Positions 40,303-49,341 of a stretch of 64,000 nucleotides of DNA are shown in pieces (position 1 is the first letter of the stretch; each line of letters starts with the position of its first letter). The stretch spans positions 3,064-67,063 of the forward strand of contig CALVBH010000083.1 in NCBI GenBank assembly GCA_944325765.1, in the 5' to 3' direction. The position numbers and the translations under genes were made by a program. The notes under the pieces were generated by a model. The model was not told the DNA's origin, ran no database searches, and was given only the letters and a program-made list of their open reading frames with translations. This DNA comes from an uncultured Bacteroidales bacterium (lineage in GTDB: Bacteria; Bacteroidota; Bacteroidia; Bacteroidales; UBA932).

Positions 40303-40548
40303 ATGAAAAAAGGAATTCATCCCGAAAACTACCGTCTTGTAGCTTTCAAGGATATGTCTAACGATGAAGTTTTCATCACGCGCTCCTGCGCCAACACAAA
40401 AGAGACTCTGGAGGTCAACGGAGTCGAGTATCCGGTCGTAAAACTGGAAATTTCCAACACTTCGCATCCGTTCTACACCGGAAAGATGAAACTCGTGGAT
40501 ACTGCGGGCCGCGTGGACAAGTTCTACCAGAGATACAAGAAGAAATAG
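40303..40548 (+). CDS. rpmE2: 50S ribosomal protein L31 type B (zinc-free)
   Basis: MKKGIHPENYR, SHPFYTGK...DTAGRVDKF; no CxxC. Confidence 0.97.
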   Translation: MKKGIHPENYRLVAFKDMSNDEVFITRSCANTKETLEVNGVEYPVVKLEISNTSHPFYTGKMKLVDTAGRVDKFYQRYKKK

Positions 40549-40562
40549 TCTGTATACGACAG

Positions 40563-40597
40563 ATAAAAAACCGGGCAGCAATGTCCGGTTTTTTTAT
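40563..40597. terminator. Intrinsic (likely bidirectional) terminator after L31
   Basis: ATAAAAAACCGGGCA-GCAA-TGTCCGGTTTTTTTAT. Confidence 0.88.
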
Positions 40598-40614
40598 GGC
40601 ATAGTTTAGAGGCA

Positions 40615-40722
40615 GATCCCTCGACTGCGCTCGGGATGACACAGGGCGCTGTGGAGAGGCGGTGACGGCGAGCACTGTTGACCCTCGAAGAGGGTTGTAG
40701 TCTGTGCGAGCCGCGCCGCCTC
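40615..40722. repeat. REP-like unit plus a long imperfect hairpin
   Basis: GATCCCTCGACTGCGCTCGGGATGAC at 40615-40640, then a hairpin at 40656-40722 capped by ACCCTC-GAA-GAGGGT. Confidence 0.6.
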
Positions 40723-40737
40723 GGATGAAGCGAGAAA

Positions 40738-42840
40738 TTACTCCTGAGGGGAAAGGTACCGCAGCCAGAACCGGCGGTTTTCCGCCTGGAAATGTTCGCC
40801 CTGCTTTCCCTTGTATCCGTGCATCCCGTCGGGATAAATCATAAGTTCGAAGCCTTTTCCGGCCTGCTGGAGCGCATCTATCATCTGGAGGGAATTCTGG
40901 AAATGCACGTTGTCGTCGCCGGTCCCGTGCGTCAGTTTCAGGTAAACCGGGGCATGAGCAGGCTCGTCCTCGCACGAAACCGGATACTCCTCCACATAGT
41001 TCAGGGCACGGGCCTGGGCATATCCTTCCGGATTGTCCTGCGGAGTCCCCATATAACGCTCGGTATAATGGGTGTCGTAAAGCGCCCAGTCGTACACTCC
41101 CCCGCCCGCGATTCCGTACGGGAAACTGTCCGGTGCCCTCATTACCAACATCGCAGCCATCGTCCCGCCGAAAGAAAAGCCCTCGACACCTATTCTAGTG
41201 CCGTCCACATACGGCAATGACTTCATGTAGTCGGCCCAGGCTATGAAATCCCGCATCTCGTAAACCGTAAGACGGCGGTATACCATATCCAGCCCCTTCC
41301 TTCCGTTGTGTCCCGAAGCCCTGCAGTCCGCCACAATCTCTATGATACCGTGGTCGGACCACCAGCTGGTGTTTGCGTCCGGAGTTTTCCACCTGTCACG
41401 GACCATCGGAGTGTCCGGGCCTCCGTAAATATCGAAATGCACCGGATACTTGCGTGCAGGATCGAAGTCTTCAGGATAAGTGATGGCGGCAGGCAGCGAA
41501 AACCCGTCTTCCGTCTCCATATAAATGATCTGCGGCAAGGCATAATCTTCCGGTGAAAACCCGTCGCAGGCCATATCGGCCACGACATACGGACTTTCCG
41601 CCGTTCTGCCGTCGGAACTGTAGACAGCCACACGGACAGGAGTGGAGGAATTCGAGACGGCAGCCGCGAAATGTCTGCCGTCCGGGGAAAAGACCGCGGA
41701 AGCTATATCGAGGGAAGGGTCTGTAAGTACGGTTACCCTTCCTTTGCGGTCTACCCTGTAAACCGAGTTGCGTACCCTGGATTCATTTACGGAAGCAAAG
41801 TACACGTCCCCGCGCCTTTCATCCACCTTCAGTATGGAAATCCGCCAGAACTCCCCGTCTGTAAGCTGCCTGACCTGTTTCCCGTCGTATGAAAGGAAAT
41901 AAATCTGCGCCCATCCGTTGCTGCCGTTGTTCCGGGCCATATAAAGTCCGTTTCCGGTAAAGACGGCGCCGTCGATCCAGTCCACCCAGGTATCGCTCCT
42001 GTCTTCGTAGACCATAGACTTCGTCCCGGTGGATGCATCCACGGAAAACAATTCGAGATTCTGCTGTGAACGCGGCATCCTCGACACGTAAAAGCGTTCT
42101 GAATCCGGACCCCAGAAAGGCGTACCGAAATACTGGTCGGAATTTTCCTCGAAATCAGCCCATACGATCTCTGTATCAGGACCTGAAACATCTATGATTC
42201 CTATTTTGACGGCAGGGTTCGTCTCCCCTGCCTTGGGATATCTTGTCCGGGATATCCTGCCGTCCTGCCCGAAAGGCGAATAAATCGGGAAAAGCGGGAC
42301 CTGTGTGTTGTCGAATCTGTAAAAGCCGATCTTCCGGCTGTCAGGAGACCACCAGAAAGCCCTGTACTTTGTGGGACGCCCGAAAATCTCTTCATAGTAG
42401 ACCCAGGAAGCATAGCCGTTGAGTATCAGCTCGCCGCCGTCCGAAGTAAGCCTGCGTTCCCGTCCGTCTGCGATTTCCAGCACATACAGGTCATTGTCTT
42501 TAGTATAGGCTATTTTCGTGGAATCCGGAGAATAAGTCATATTGATGGCTCCTTCCGGCTTTACCGGAAAGTCGCTGTATTTTTCAGGAGCCTTGATGCC
42601 GGTTTTTACGGACTTGTCGGCGACATTGTATACGAAAGCGGCCGAATCGGCGTATGTTCCGTCGTATGAGAATATCACTTCCCTGTCGGAAATCCATTTC
42701 CAGGAGGAAGGGACAGCGTTGAATTCCGCCTCGGCGGAAACAGCCGCCGGCATTGCCGAAGGAGCGGAGGCGACTGACGGGAACGAAAACAGGGAAAAGG
42801 ATATTGCCGCGGCAGCGGAAAAAAATGTCGGGACTTTCAT
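40738..42840 (-). CDS. Dipeptidyl-peptidase IV (S9B)
   Basis: WVYYEEIF double-Glu motif, GFSFGG, DDNVH, HG; signal peptide. Confidence 0.9.
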   Translation of the reverse strand: MKVPTFFSAAAAISFSLFSFPSVASAPSAMPAAVSAEAEFNAVPSSWKWISDREVIFSYDGTYADSAAFVYNVADKSVKTGIKAPEKYSDFPVKPEGAINMTYSPDSTKIAYTKDNDLYVLEIADGRERRLTSDGGELILNGYASWVYYEEIFGRPTKYRAFWWSPDSRKIGFYRFDNTQVPLFPIYSPFGQDGRISRTRYPKAGETNPAVKIGIIDVSGPDTEIVWADFEENSDQYFGTPFWGPDSERFYVSRMPRSQQNLELFSVDASTGTKSMVYEDRSDTWVDWIDGAVFTGNGLYMARNNGSNGWAQIYFLSYDGKQVRQLTDGEFWRISILKVDERRGDVYFASVNESRVRNSVYRVDRKGRVTVLTDPSLDIASAVFSPDGRHFAAAVSNSSTPVRVAVYSSDGRTAESPYVVADMACDGFSPEDYALPQIIYMETEDGFSLPAAITYPEDFDPARKYPVHFDIYGGPDTPMVRDRWKTPDANTSWWSDHGIIEIVADCRASGHNGRKGLDMVYRRLTVYEMRDFIAWADYMKSLPYVDGTRIGVEGFSFGGTMAAMLVMRAPDSFPYGIAGGGVYDWALYDTHYTERYMGTPQDNPEGYAQARALNYVEEYPVSCEDEPAHAPVYLKLTHGTGDDNVHFQNSLQMIDALQQAGKGFELMIYPDGMHGYKGKQGEHFQAENRRFWLRYLSPQE

Positions 42841-42853
42841 AATTCAATCATTG

Positions 42854-44284
42854 TCAAACAAAAAATTCGTCTTTGAAATTTACCAGATATACCTTGGAAG
42901 TGCTTCTGGTCAATGCAGTGTACAGCCATTTCAAGTCATCGGCAGTCAGTTCATCCTGCCAGAAAGGATTGTCGATGAAGACGCACCGCCACTGGCCGCC
43001 CTGCGACTTGTGGCAGGTAACGGCGTTCGCATACTTGAGCTGGAGGGCGTTGAAATACTTGTCTTCCCGCACAGCTTCATAACGTTTTTTCTTCGTGGCC
43101 ATATGCGCATAATCTTCATTTACGCCCCGGTACAGCATGTCCTGCTGCTCCTCCGTCAGGGCCGGGCTTTCCGAAAGAAGCGTATCCAGAATCACATTGG
43201 CCGTGATTTCCTGGTCCCCGTAGTCCGGAAAGGAAAGCCTCGCCACGGCGAAATGCAGGCCGTACCGCTCCTCGTAACCGGAAATCCGCTCGAGCACGGC
43301 CACATCCCCGTTCGCTATGTAATCCACGTTTTCCAGATTTTCGCAGAACTGATAGCAGTTCCTGACTATCATCAGTTTGTCTCCCCTGACCAGCTGTTCT
43401 TCCCTGAACTGGACCATGGAACGGATACCAAGATTGTACTTTACGGCCCTCCTGTTGGAACGGCAGATTATCACCGTATCTTCATCTCCGTATTCGGAAT
43501 ACGCATCAGTCAGTTTTTCTATAAGGTCCTGTCCCGTAATGCGTTCGACATCCGTACAGCCTTTCAGGTCGAATTTCGGATGCAGGTCTCCGGCATATCC
43601 GTTTTCCGCATCCGTTATCATATTTCTGAGTGTCGTGGCGTTCCTGAGAATACCGGAATCCGCCTGCTGGCGCACCACCTCCGTAAGTCCGGCCGCCACG
43701 AAATGTCCGAACATCGAGATACAGTCCTCCGACAATGCGGGGCTCGCATCCAGCCCCACGGGAGGAAGCTGGGCCTTGTCTCCGATGAGTACAAGTTTGT
43801 TGCCCCGGCCGCGCCGGACATATTCCACCAGGTCCGCAAGAAGGTTGCCCGAGCCGAACATACCGGACTGGGAATAACTGTCCACGCCGATAAGCGAGAC
43901 CTCATCCACAAAATAAACGGTGTCCCTGTCGGTATTCGGTCCTATAACGAATTCCCCGAAACCTGAACCGGAAACCGATTTCTGCCGGTAGATATGCTTG
44001 TGTACCGTATAGGCCTGACTGCCGGCATAACCGGAAAGGACCTTGGCGGCCCTGCCGGTCGGAGCCAGAAGCACGCATTTGACATTCAGCGACTTCAGGA
44101 AAGAAACGGCTGCGGATACTGCCGCAGTCTTGCCTGTGCCGGCATAACCGTTCACGAGCATTATGTCGCAGTCTCCGTCAGAGAGAAACCCGGCCATTGT
44201 CCTGAAAAGGACAGACTGGTCCTCTGTCGGCGGATATGCGAAATGCTTCAGGAAACCTGCGTACAGAAAATCCGAACTGCCCAT
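42854..44284 (-). CDS. RecD-like SF1 helicase / ATP-dependent nuclease subunit
   Basis: GYAGTGKT, APTGRAA, DEVS, GDKAQLPPV, TCHKSQGGQW, YTALTR. Start at ATG 44284 (TAATG overlap with trkH). Confidence 0.9.
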   Translation of the reverse strand: MGSSDFLYAGFLKHFAYPPTEDQSVLFRTMAGFLSDGDCDIMLVNGYAGTGKTAAVSAAVSFLKSLNVKCVLLAPTGRAAKVLSGYAGSQAYTVHKHIYRQKSVSGSGFGEFVIGPNTDRDTVYFVDEVSLIGVDSYSQSGMFGSGNLLADLVEYVRRGRGNKLVLIGDKAQLPPVGLDASPALSEDCISMFGHFVAAGLTEVVRQQADSGILRNATTLRNMITDAENGYAGDLHPKFDLKGCTDVERITGQDLIEKLTDAYSEYGDEDTVIICRSNRRAVKYNLGIRSMVQFREEQLVRGDKLMIVRNCYQFCENLENVDYIANGDVAVLERISGYEERYGLHFAVARLSFPDYGDQEITANVILDTLLSESPALTEEQQDMLYRGVNEDYAHMATKKKRYEAVREDKYFNALQLKYANAVTCHKSQGGQWRCVFIDNPFWQDELTADDLKWLYTALTRSTSKVYLVNFKDEFFV

Positions 44285-45735
44285 TATCTGTTTCTCCTGA
44301 AAATCAACGAAAAGAAAATGAAGACCGGATATATTTCCAGACGCCCGAGAATCATATCCACGGAATAGACGAACTTGGCGAAGGACGGCTGGGCCGCATA
44401 ATTGCCCATCGAACTGAGAGAACCGAGAGCCGGACCGGCGTTTCCGAGCGATGAAAGGGAGCCCGAAATGGCTTCCTCCGTCTCGACTCCGCAGAAAACG
44501 AGGAGTGAAAAGGAAAGTATCAGAATAAACAGATAAAGGACTATGTACAGTACGGCTGCAAAAGCCTCGCTGTCCTTCACGGAGTGATTTCCGGACCTTA
44601 TCCGCATCACGGAGGACGGATGAAGGGCCTGTCTGACCTGACGTGAAACGGCCTGGATGACGATATAGATTCTGTCCGACTTCACACCTCCGGTAGTAGA
44701 GCCCGAGCATCCGCACTGGAACAGGGCATACATCAGAAGGATATTGGCAAAGGCAGGAAGCGCCGCATTGTCCATCGTGGCGAAACCGGAAGTGGAGATG
44801 AAACTCGTTACCTGGAACGTCGCATCGAGCAGTGCCTTTCCCCAATGATCATACAGCCCGGAGATTTTCATCGAAAGGGTGACCAGCAGCGACAGGACGA
44901 CTATGGTTCCGAGAAAAAGCTTGATCACCGGATGCCTGAAAGGTTTGAGCGACCTGGTGGCGAAAACTCCGAACAGAAGCCCGAAATGGATGGATGACAA
45001 TATCATGAACACTATCACGATGATGTCTATCAGAGGAGAGTCGTAGAAGGCTATCGAGGTATTCTTCACACTGAACCCGCCGGTAGCGACAGTGCTGAAA
45101 GAGTGGTTTACGGCATCGAAAAGCGGCATTCCGGCAAGCCACAGAAGCAACGTTTCGGATACCGCCAGGCATATATAGACAAAGGCGATGACGTGTACGG
45201 TCTTGATGGAGCGGAAACGGTAGCCCTCCCTCGACAGGGATGAAAGCTCTATGTTGGTCAGTCTTTTCCTGAAAGGGCTCGCATCGGGGATAATCAGCAG
45301 TAGGAAGACCACGACTCCGAGTCCGCCGATAAAATGCGTGGACGAACGCCAGAACTGCAGGCTCCTCGGCAGACTTTCCACGTCCGTCAGGATAGTGGAC
45401 CCCGTCGTGGTATAACCGGAAACACTCTCGAACCAAGCATTCGCAAGCGTGAATTCACCGCCCCACAGCACGTATGGAAGCATTCCGAAGATAAAGGACA
45501 GCAGCCAGGACAGAACGATGATCATAAATCCGTCCTGAAGCGATATGTCGGAGGATTTCCGGACGAAAATGAAAGGGAAGAAGCCTACCGTGAAGGTAAT
45601 GATGAAACTTATCATCATAGGTCCAAACGCGGAATCCTTCCCGTCGGCCACCGAAACTATAAGCGACAGGAACATGAACAGAGCGCTTACCAGCAGCGCC
45701 TGACCTACGTTTTTCGATATGACCTTGATGTCCAT
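44284..45735 (-). CDS. trkH: TrkH family potassium uptake protein
   Basis: Four P-loops (SGYTTTG, ATGGF, STSGF, GNAGP), GCSGSTTGGVK, GRLEI. Confidence 0.95.
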   Translation of the reverse strand: MDIKVISKNVGQALLVSALFMFLSLIVSVADGKDSAFGPMMISFIITFTVGFFPFIFVRKSSDISLQDGFMIIVLSWLLSFIFGMLPYVLWGGEFTLANAWFESVSGYTTTGSTILTDVESLPRSLQFWRSSTHFIGGLGVVVFLLLIIPDASPFRKRLTNIELSSLSREGYRFRSIKTVHVIAFVYICLAVSETLLLWLAGMPLFDAVNHSFSTVATGGFSVKNTSIAFYDSPLIDIIVIVFMILSSIHFGLLFGVFATRSLKPFRHPVIKLFLGTIVVLSLLVTLSMKISGLYDHWGKALLDATFQVTSFISTSGFATMDNAALPAFANILLMYALFQCGCSGSTTGGVKSDRIYIVIQAVSRQVRQALHPSSVMRIRSGNHSVKDSEAFAAVLYIVLYLFILILSFSLLVFCGVETEEAISGSLSSLGNAGPALGSLSSMGNYAAQPSFAKFVYSVDMILGRLEIYPVFIFFSLIFRRNR

Positions 45736-45744
45736 AAAGAATTC

Positions 45745-46608
45745 TTAAAGTTCCCTGGCTGCAGCTGAAGTTTCTATCAGCCTCTCCCGCTCTTCCCTGA
45801 GCCTGCCTACACGTTTTTTCAGTTCTATGTTTTCGTCCACGATATCTTTCAGGGAACCGTTCAGTTTCACGAATTCATCGTCGCCGTCGAATTCATAGCT
45901 GTAGCTTCTGCCGCTGCGCAGATAGTCGTCGAGACCTGAAAGCATCCTGTTCAACGGCCTTACATAATATATGAGGATGAATATCAGCAGCAGGATGACG
46001 AGCAGCAGACCGGCACCGACAGATACCACGCCGGGAATGATGCTTCTGTAAAACCCGTCCTGAAACGTCTCCGAATTGTCTTTCAGCTGAAGGTAAATCA
46101 CTTCGTTCAGCTTTTCGATATCGGATTTCAGCCTCTGGTATTTCGGCTGGAGACGTTTGAAATACCAGTCCCTGTTGTCTATGAAATCGTTCACGATTAC
46201 CTTCTCGAATTCGAAAGAGGTAAGCATGTATGCCGAGTAGGAATAGAGGACGGAATCGGCCATGGCAGCGGCCTCGCTGCTGTCCAAAGTGTGCTTCAGA
46301 CTTTCATATTCGGTCACGAAGGCATTGGCGTCGATCTTCGGTATCAGATTCGGGTCTGTCTCGCCGACGATGGTCAGAAGCTGCAGGTTGTACCTGTCGC
46401 ACTCGTTCGAAAGCTTCTGTGCGATGTTAACACAGTTTATGTTGGTGGCGATAAGATTGGACACATAGTCGCTCATCCTCCTGTACTCCAGTATCGATAT
46501 TATGCTGGACAGAAGAAGAATGACTGCAATGGCACCCAGAGAAAGCGTCAGTTTGACACTCATCGACATCCTGAATGCAAATATTTTCCTTGATTTTCCC
46601 TTAGCCAT
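45745..46608 (-). CDS. MCP-type four-helix-bundle membrane sensor (TM-4HB-TM-HAMP-coiled coil)
   Basis: Two TM helices flank a helical periplasmic domain. YVRPLNRM...DDEFVKL looks HAMP-like and is followed by a short coiled coil, with no kinase or MCP output domain. Confidence 0.7.
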   Translation of the reverse strand: MAKGKSRKIFAFRMSMSVKLTLSLGAIAVILLLSSIISILEYRRMSDYVSNLIATNINCVNIAQKLSNECDRYNLQLLTIVGETDPNLIPKIDANAFVTEYESLKHTLDSSEAAAMADSVLYSYSAYMLTSFEFEKVIVNDFIDNRDWYFKRLQPKYQRLKSDIEKLNEVIYLQLKDNSETFQDGFYRSIIPGVVSVGAGLLLVILLLIFILIYYVRPLNRMLSGLDDYLRSGRSYSYEFDGDDEFVKLNGSLKDIVDENIELKKRVGRLREERERLIETSAAAREL

Positions 46609-46655
46609 ACCGGAAGAAGGTTATAAAAGGTCCGGACCTGTGCAATATAGCGAAT

Positions 46656-47990
46656 TTATCGTCTGCGTCTCATCATTCCGGGCATATTGGGCAGACCTCC
46701 GCCCAGCCCCATGGCAGAGCGCATCATCTTTCTGGTGCCTTCGAACTGCTTCAGAAGCCGGTTGACCTCAGCTACGGAAGTACCGCTTCCGTCGGCAATC
46801 CTCTTTCTCCGGCTTCCGTTGATGATTTCAGGCTTTTCCCTCTCGACCGGAGTCATGGACAGGATTATGGCTTCTATTCCCTTGAAAGAGTCGTTGCTCA
46901 TCTCCACGTCTTTCAGGGCCTTGCCTACTCCCGGAATCATGGATGCGATATCCTTTATATTGCCCATTTTCTTTATCTGCTGGATCTGGTTGTAGAAATC
47001 CATCAGGGTGAACTGGTTTCTGGCGAGTTTCTTCTTCAGTTTCCGCGCCTCTTCCTCATCGAACTGCTCCTGGGCCTTTTCCACTAACGTCACCACATCT
47101 CCCATACCGAGAATACGGTCGGCTATGCGTTTAGGATGGAAAACATCCAGGGCTTCCATCTTTTCACCCGATGATATGAACTTGATAGGCTTGCCGACCA
47201 CGGATTTGATTGACAGGGCAGCACCTCCCCTGGTATCGCCGTCCATCTTCGTCAGGACCACTCCATCGAAATCTATCCTGTCATTGAAAGCCCTGGCAGT
47301 CTCTACCGCATCCTGGCCTGTCATTGCATCCACCACGAAAAGGGTTTCGGTCGGAGTCAGGGCCTTTTTCAGAGAGGCTATCTCGTCCATCATCTCTTCA
47401 TCCACGGCCAGTCGTCCCGCCGTATCGACTATTACCAATGAATAGCCTTCCTGACGGGCCTTGGATACGGCATTCCGGGCTATCTTTACGGGATTCTTCT
47501 CGCCGTCCTCCGAATATACCGGAACCCCTATCTGGTCTCCAAGCACTTTCAGCTGTTCGATGGCGGCAGGCCGGTACACGTCACAGGCAGCCAGAAGCAC
47601 CTTCATCCCTCTTTTGCTCTTGCAGTTAAGCGCCAGTTTTCCCGAAAAGGTCGTCTTACCGGAACCCTGCAGTCCGGCCACCAGGACGATTCCCGGATGT
47701 CCCTTGACATTTATATCCGTAGAATCGCTTCCCATCAGGGCGGCCAGCTCGTCGTGGACGATCTTCACCATCATCTGCTGCGGCTTCACTGCAGTCAGGA
47801 CATTCATACCGAGAGCCTTCTGCTTCACGTCATCGCAGAACTGCTTGGCAGTCTTGTAGTTCACGTCCGCATCGAGCAGCGCCCTTCTGATATCCTTGAG
47901 CGTTTCGGCGATATTTATTTCCGTTATCTTCCCCTCTCCTTTCAGTATCTTGAAGGAGCGTTCCAGTCTGTCTACTAAATTCTCGAACAT
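46656..47990 (-). CDS. ffh: Signal recognition particle protein
   Basis: GLQGSGKTT, DTAGR, TKMDGD, Met-rich M domain. Confidence 0.98.
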   Translation of the reverse strand: MFENLVDRLERSFKILKGEGKITEINIAETLKDIRRALLDADVNYKTAKQFCDDVKQKALGMNVLTAVKPQQMMVKIVHDELAALMGSDSTDINVKGHPGIVLVAGLQGSGKTTFSGKLALNCKSKRGMKVLLAACDVYRPAAIEQLKVLGDQIGVPVYSEDGEKNPVKIARNAVSKARQEGYSLVIVDTAGRLAVDEEMMDEIASLKKALTPTETLFVVDAMTGQDAVETARAFNDRIDFDGVVLTKMDGDTRGGAALSIKSVVGKPIKFISSGEKMEALDVFHPKRIADRILGMGDVVTLVEKAQEQFDEEEARKLKKKLARNQFTLMDFYNQIQQIKKMGNIKDIASMIPGVGKALKDVEMSNDSFKGIEAIILSMTPVEREKPEIINGSRRKRIADGSGTSVAEVNRLLKQFEGTRKMMRSAMGLGGGLPNMPGMMRRRR

Positions 47991-48005
47991 ATCTAACCTA
48001 TTCCT

Positions 48006-49169
48006 TTAATCTATGTATTCCGCCTCCGCCAGATCCCTTAGATTGTACCTGCTCGCCATCACCTGTCCGTAGGCGCCGGCCGAACAGATGGCCAAAAGAT
48101 CTCCGCGCCGGCTCGCCGGCAATGTCCTGTCTTCACCCCATACATCGCTGGATTCGCATACGGGTCCGACCACGTCGTAGACTTTCTCCCCGGACCTGTT
48201 TTCCGCTTCTGCGGTAATATTCCTGATTTTATGGTAGGCTCCGTAAAGCGCAGGACGTATAAGGTCATTCATTCCGGCATCGGTAATCAGGAAAGTCTTT
48301 TTCTGTCCTTCCTTGACATAAAGCACCCTGGTACAGAGAATCCCGCACTGCGCCACAACCGACCTACCGGGCTCGATATGTACCCTGACACCCTCTTTCC
48401 GAGGCAATGTCCGGGCGATGGTCCTCATCCACGCCGCAAAATCCGGCACCGGATGCTTCTGGGGCTCCTCATAGTCGATCCCCAGTCCGCCGCCGAGATT
48501 TATATTCCTGATTTCAAGCCCTTTGGACTCGAACCATGAAACGATTTCCGCTGCCCTGCGGCATTCAAGCGCAAAGACATCGGCGACATCCGTTATCTGC
48601 GAGCCGATATGGAAATGCAGTCCGTTGAAGTCTATGGATTCACACTCCCCGAGCGTCTTCACGAGTTCTTCGAATTCATATCGGGAAATACCGAACTTGT
48701 TCTCTTCCAGTCCGGTGGTAATGTATTTATGGGTATGGGCGTCGATGTCCGGATTTATCCTTACGGAAACATTCGCCTTCTTTCCCATTCCCGAGGCTAT
48801 CTCATTGACCACGCGGATTTCCGGCAGGGATTCGCAGTTTATGGAAAACACGCCTTTACTTATGGCCAGCTCGATCTCCCGGTCGGTCTTTCCGACACCT
48901 GAAAAAACCGTTTTCCCAGCAGGGAACCCGTTCTCCAGTGCGAACAGTATCTCGTTGCCGCTGACGCAGTCGGCGCCCAGTCCTTTCGAGGAAATACGGC
49001 GGAGAACAGGGACATTGGCATTGGCCTTGACGGCATAATGCACCTCTATCCCATAATCGGAGGACAGGCGGACGATTTCGTCCAGGGTCCGGGACAGGAG
49101 CCTCATATCATAAAGATAAAAAGGGGTCTTTCGGTTCCCGAAGCCGACTATTTCGTTGGCATTCATCAT
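48006..49169 (-). CDS. lysA: Diaminopimelate decarboxylase
   Basis: YAVKAN, HFHIGSQI, EPGR, CESSD, GAYG. Start at 49169 or 49166. Confidence 0.95.
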   Translation of the reverse strand: MMNANEIVGFGNRKTPFYLYDMRLLSRTLDEIVRLSSDYGIEVHYAVKANANVPVLRRISSKGLGADCVSGNEILFALENGFPAGKTVFSGVGKTDREIELAISKGVFSINCESLPEIRVVNEIASGMGKKANVSVRINPDIDAHTHKYITTGLEENKFGISRYEFEELVKTLGECESIDFNGLHFHIGSQITDVADVFALECRRAAEIVSWFESKGLEIRNINLGGGLGIDYEEPQKHPVPDFAAWMRTIARTLPRKEGVRVHIEPGRSVVAQCGILCTRVLYVKEGQKKTFLITDAGMNDLIRPALYGAYHKIRNITAEAENRSGEKVYDVVGPVCESSDVWGEDRTLPASRRGDLLAICSAGAYGQVMASRYNLRDLAEAEYID

Positions 49170-49226
49170 ATTCTGTCTATAACAACGTCCGGGAGCGCCA
49201 CAAGCGGCCGCCAATACGGACATAAA

Positions 49227-49291
49227 AACCGTTTCCATAAAAATTTATGGAGAAAACGGTTGCAAAAATAGGGAAAAATTCGCTAATTTCG
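49227..49291. promoter_or_regulatory. Divergent promoters (TATTTTTG -, 49263-49270; TAATTTCG +, 49284-49291) and a palindrome at 49227-49261
   Basis: One consensus and one variant -7 box; inverted repeat AACCGTTTCCATAAA..TTTATGGAGAAAACGGTT. Confidence 0.6.
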
Positions 49292-49341
49292 CAGGCCGGA
49301 TTATCAAATCGACATTTAACTGCTAAAAATATTACACGAAA

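Noticed and set aside
44285-44845. Apparent 187-aa N-terminal extension of the helicase overlapping trkH
   Set aside because: The true start is the TAATG-coupled ATG at 44284; the extension is an alternate frame of trkH.
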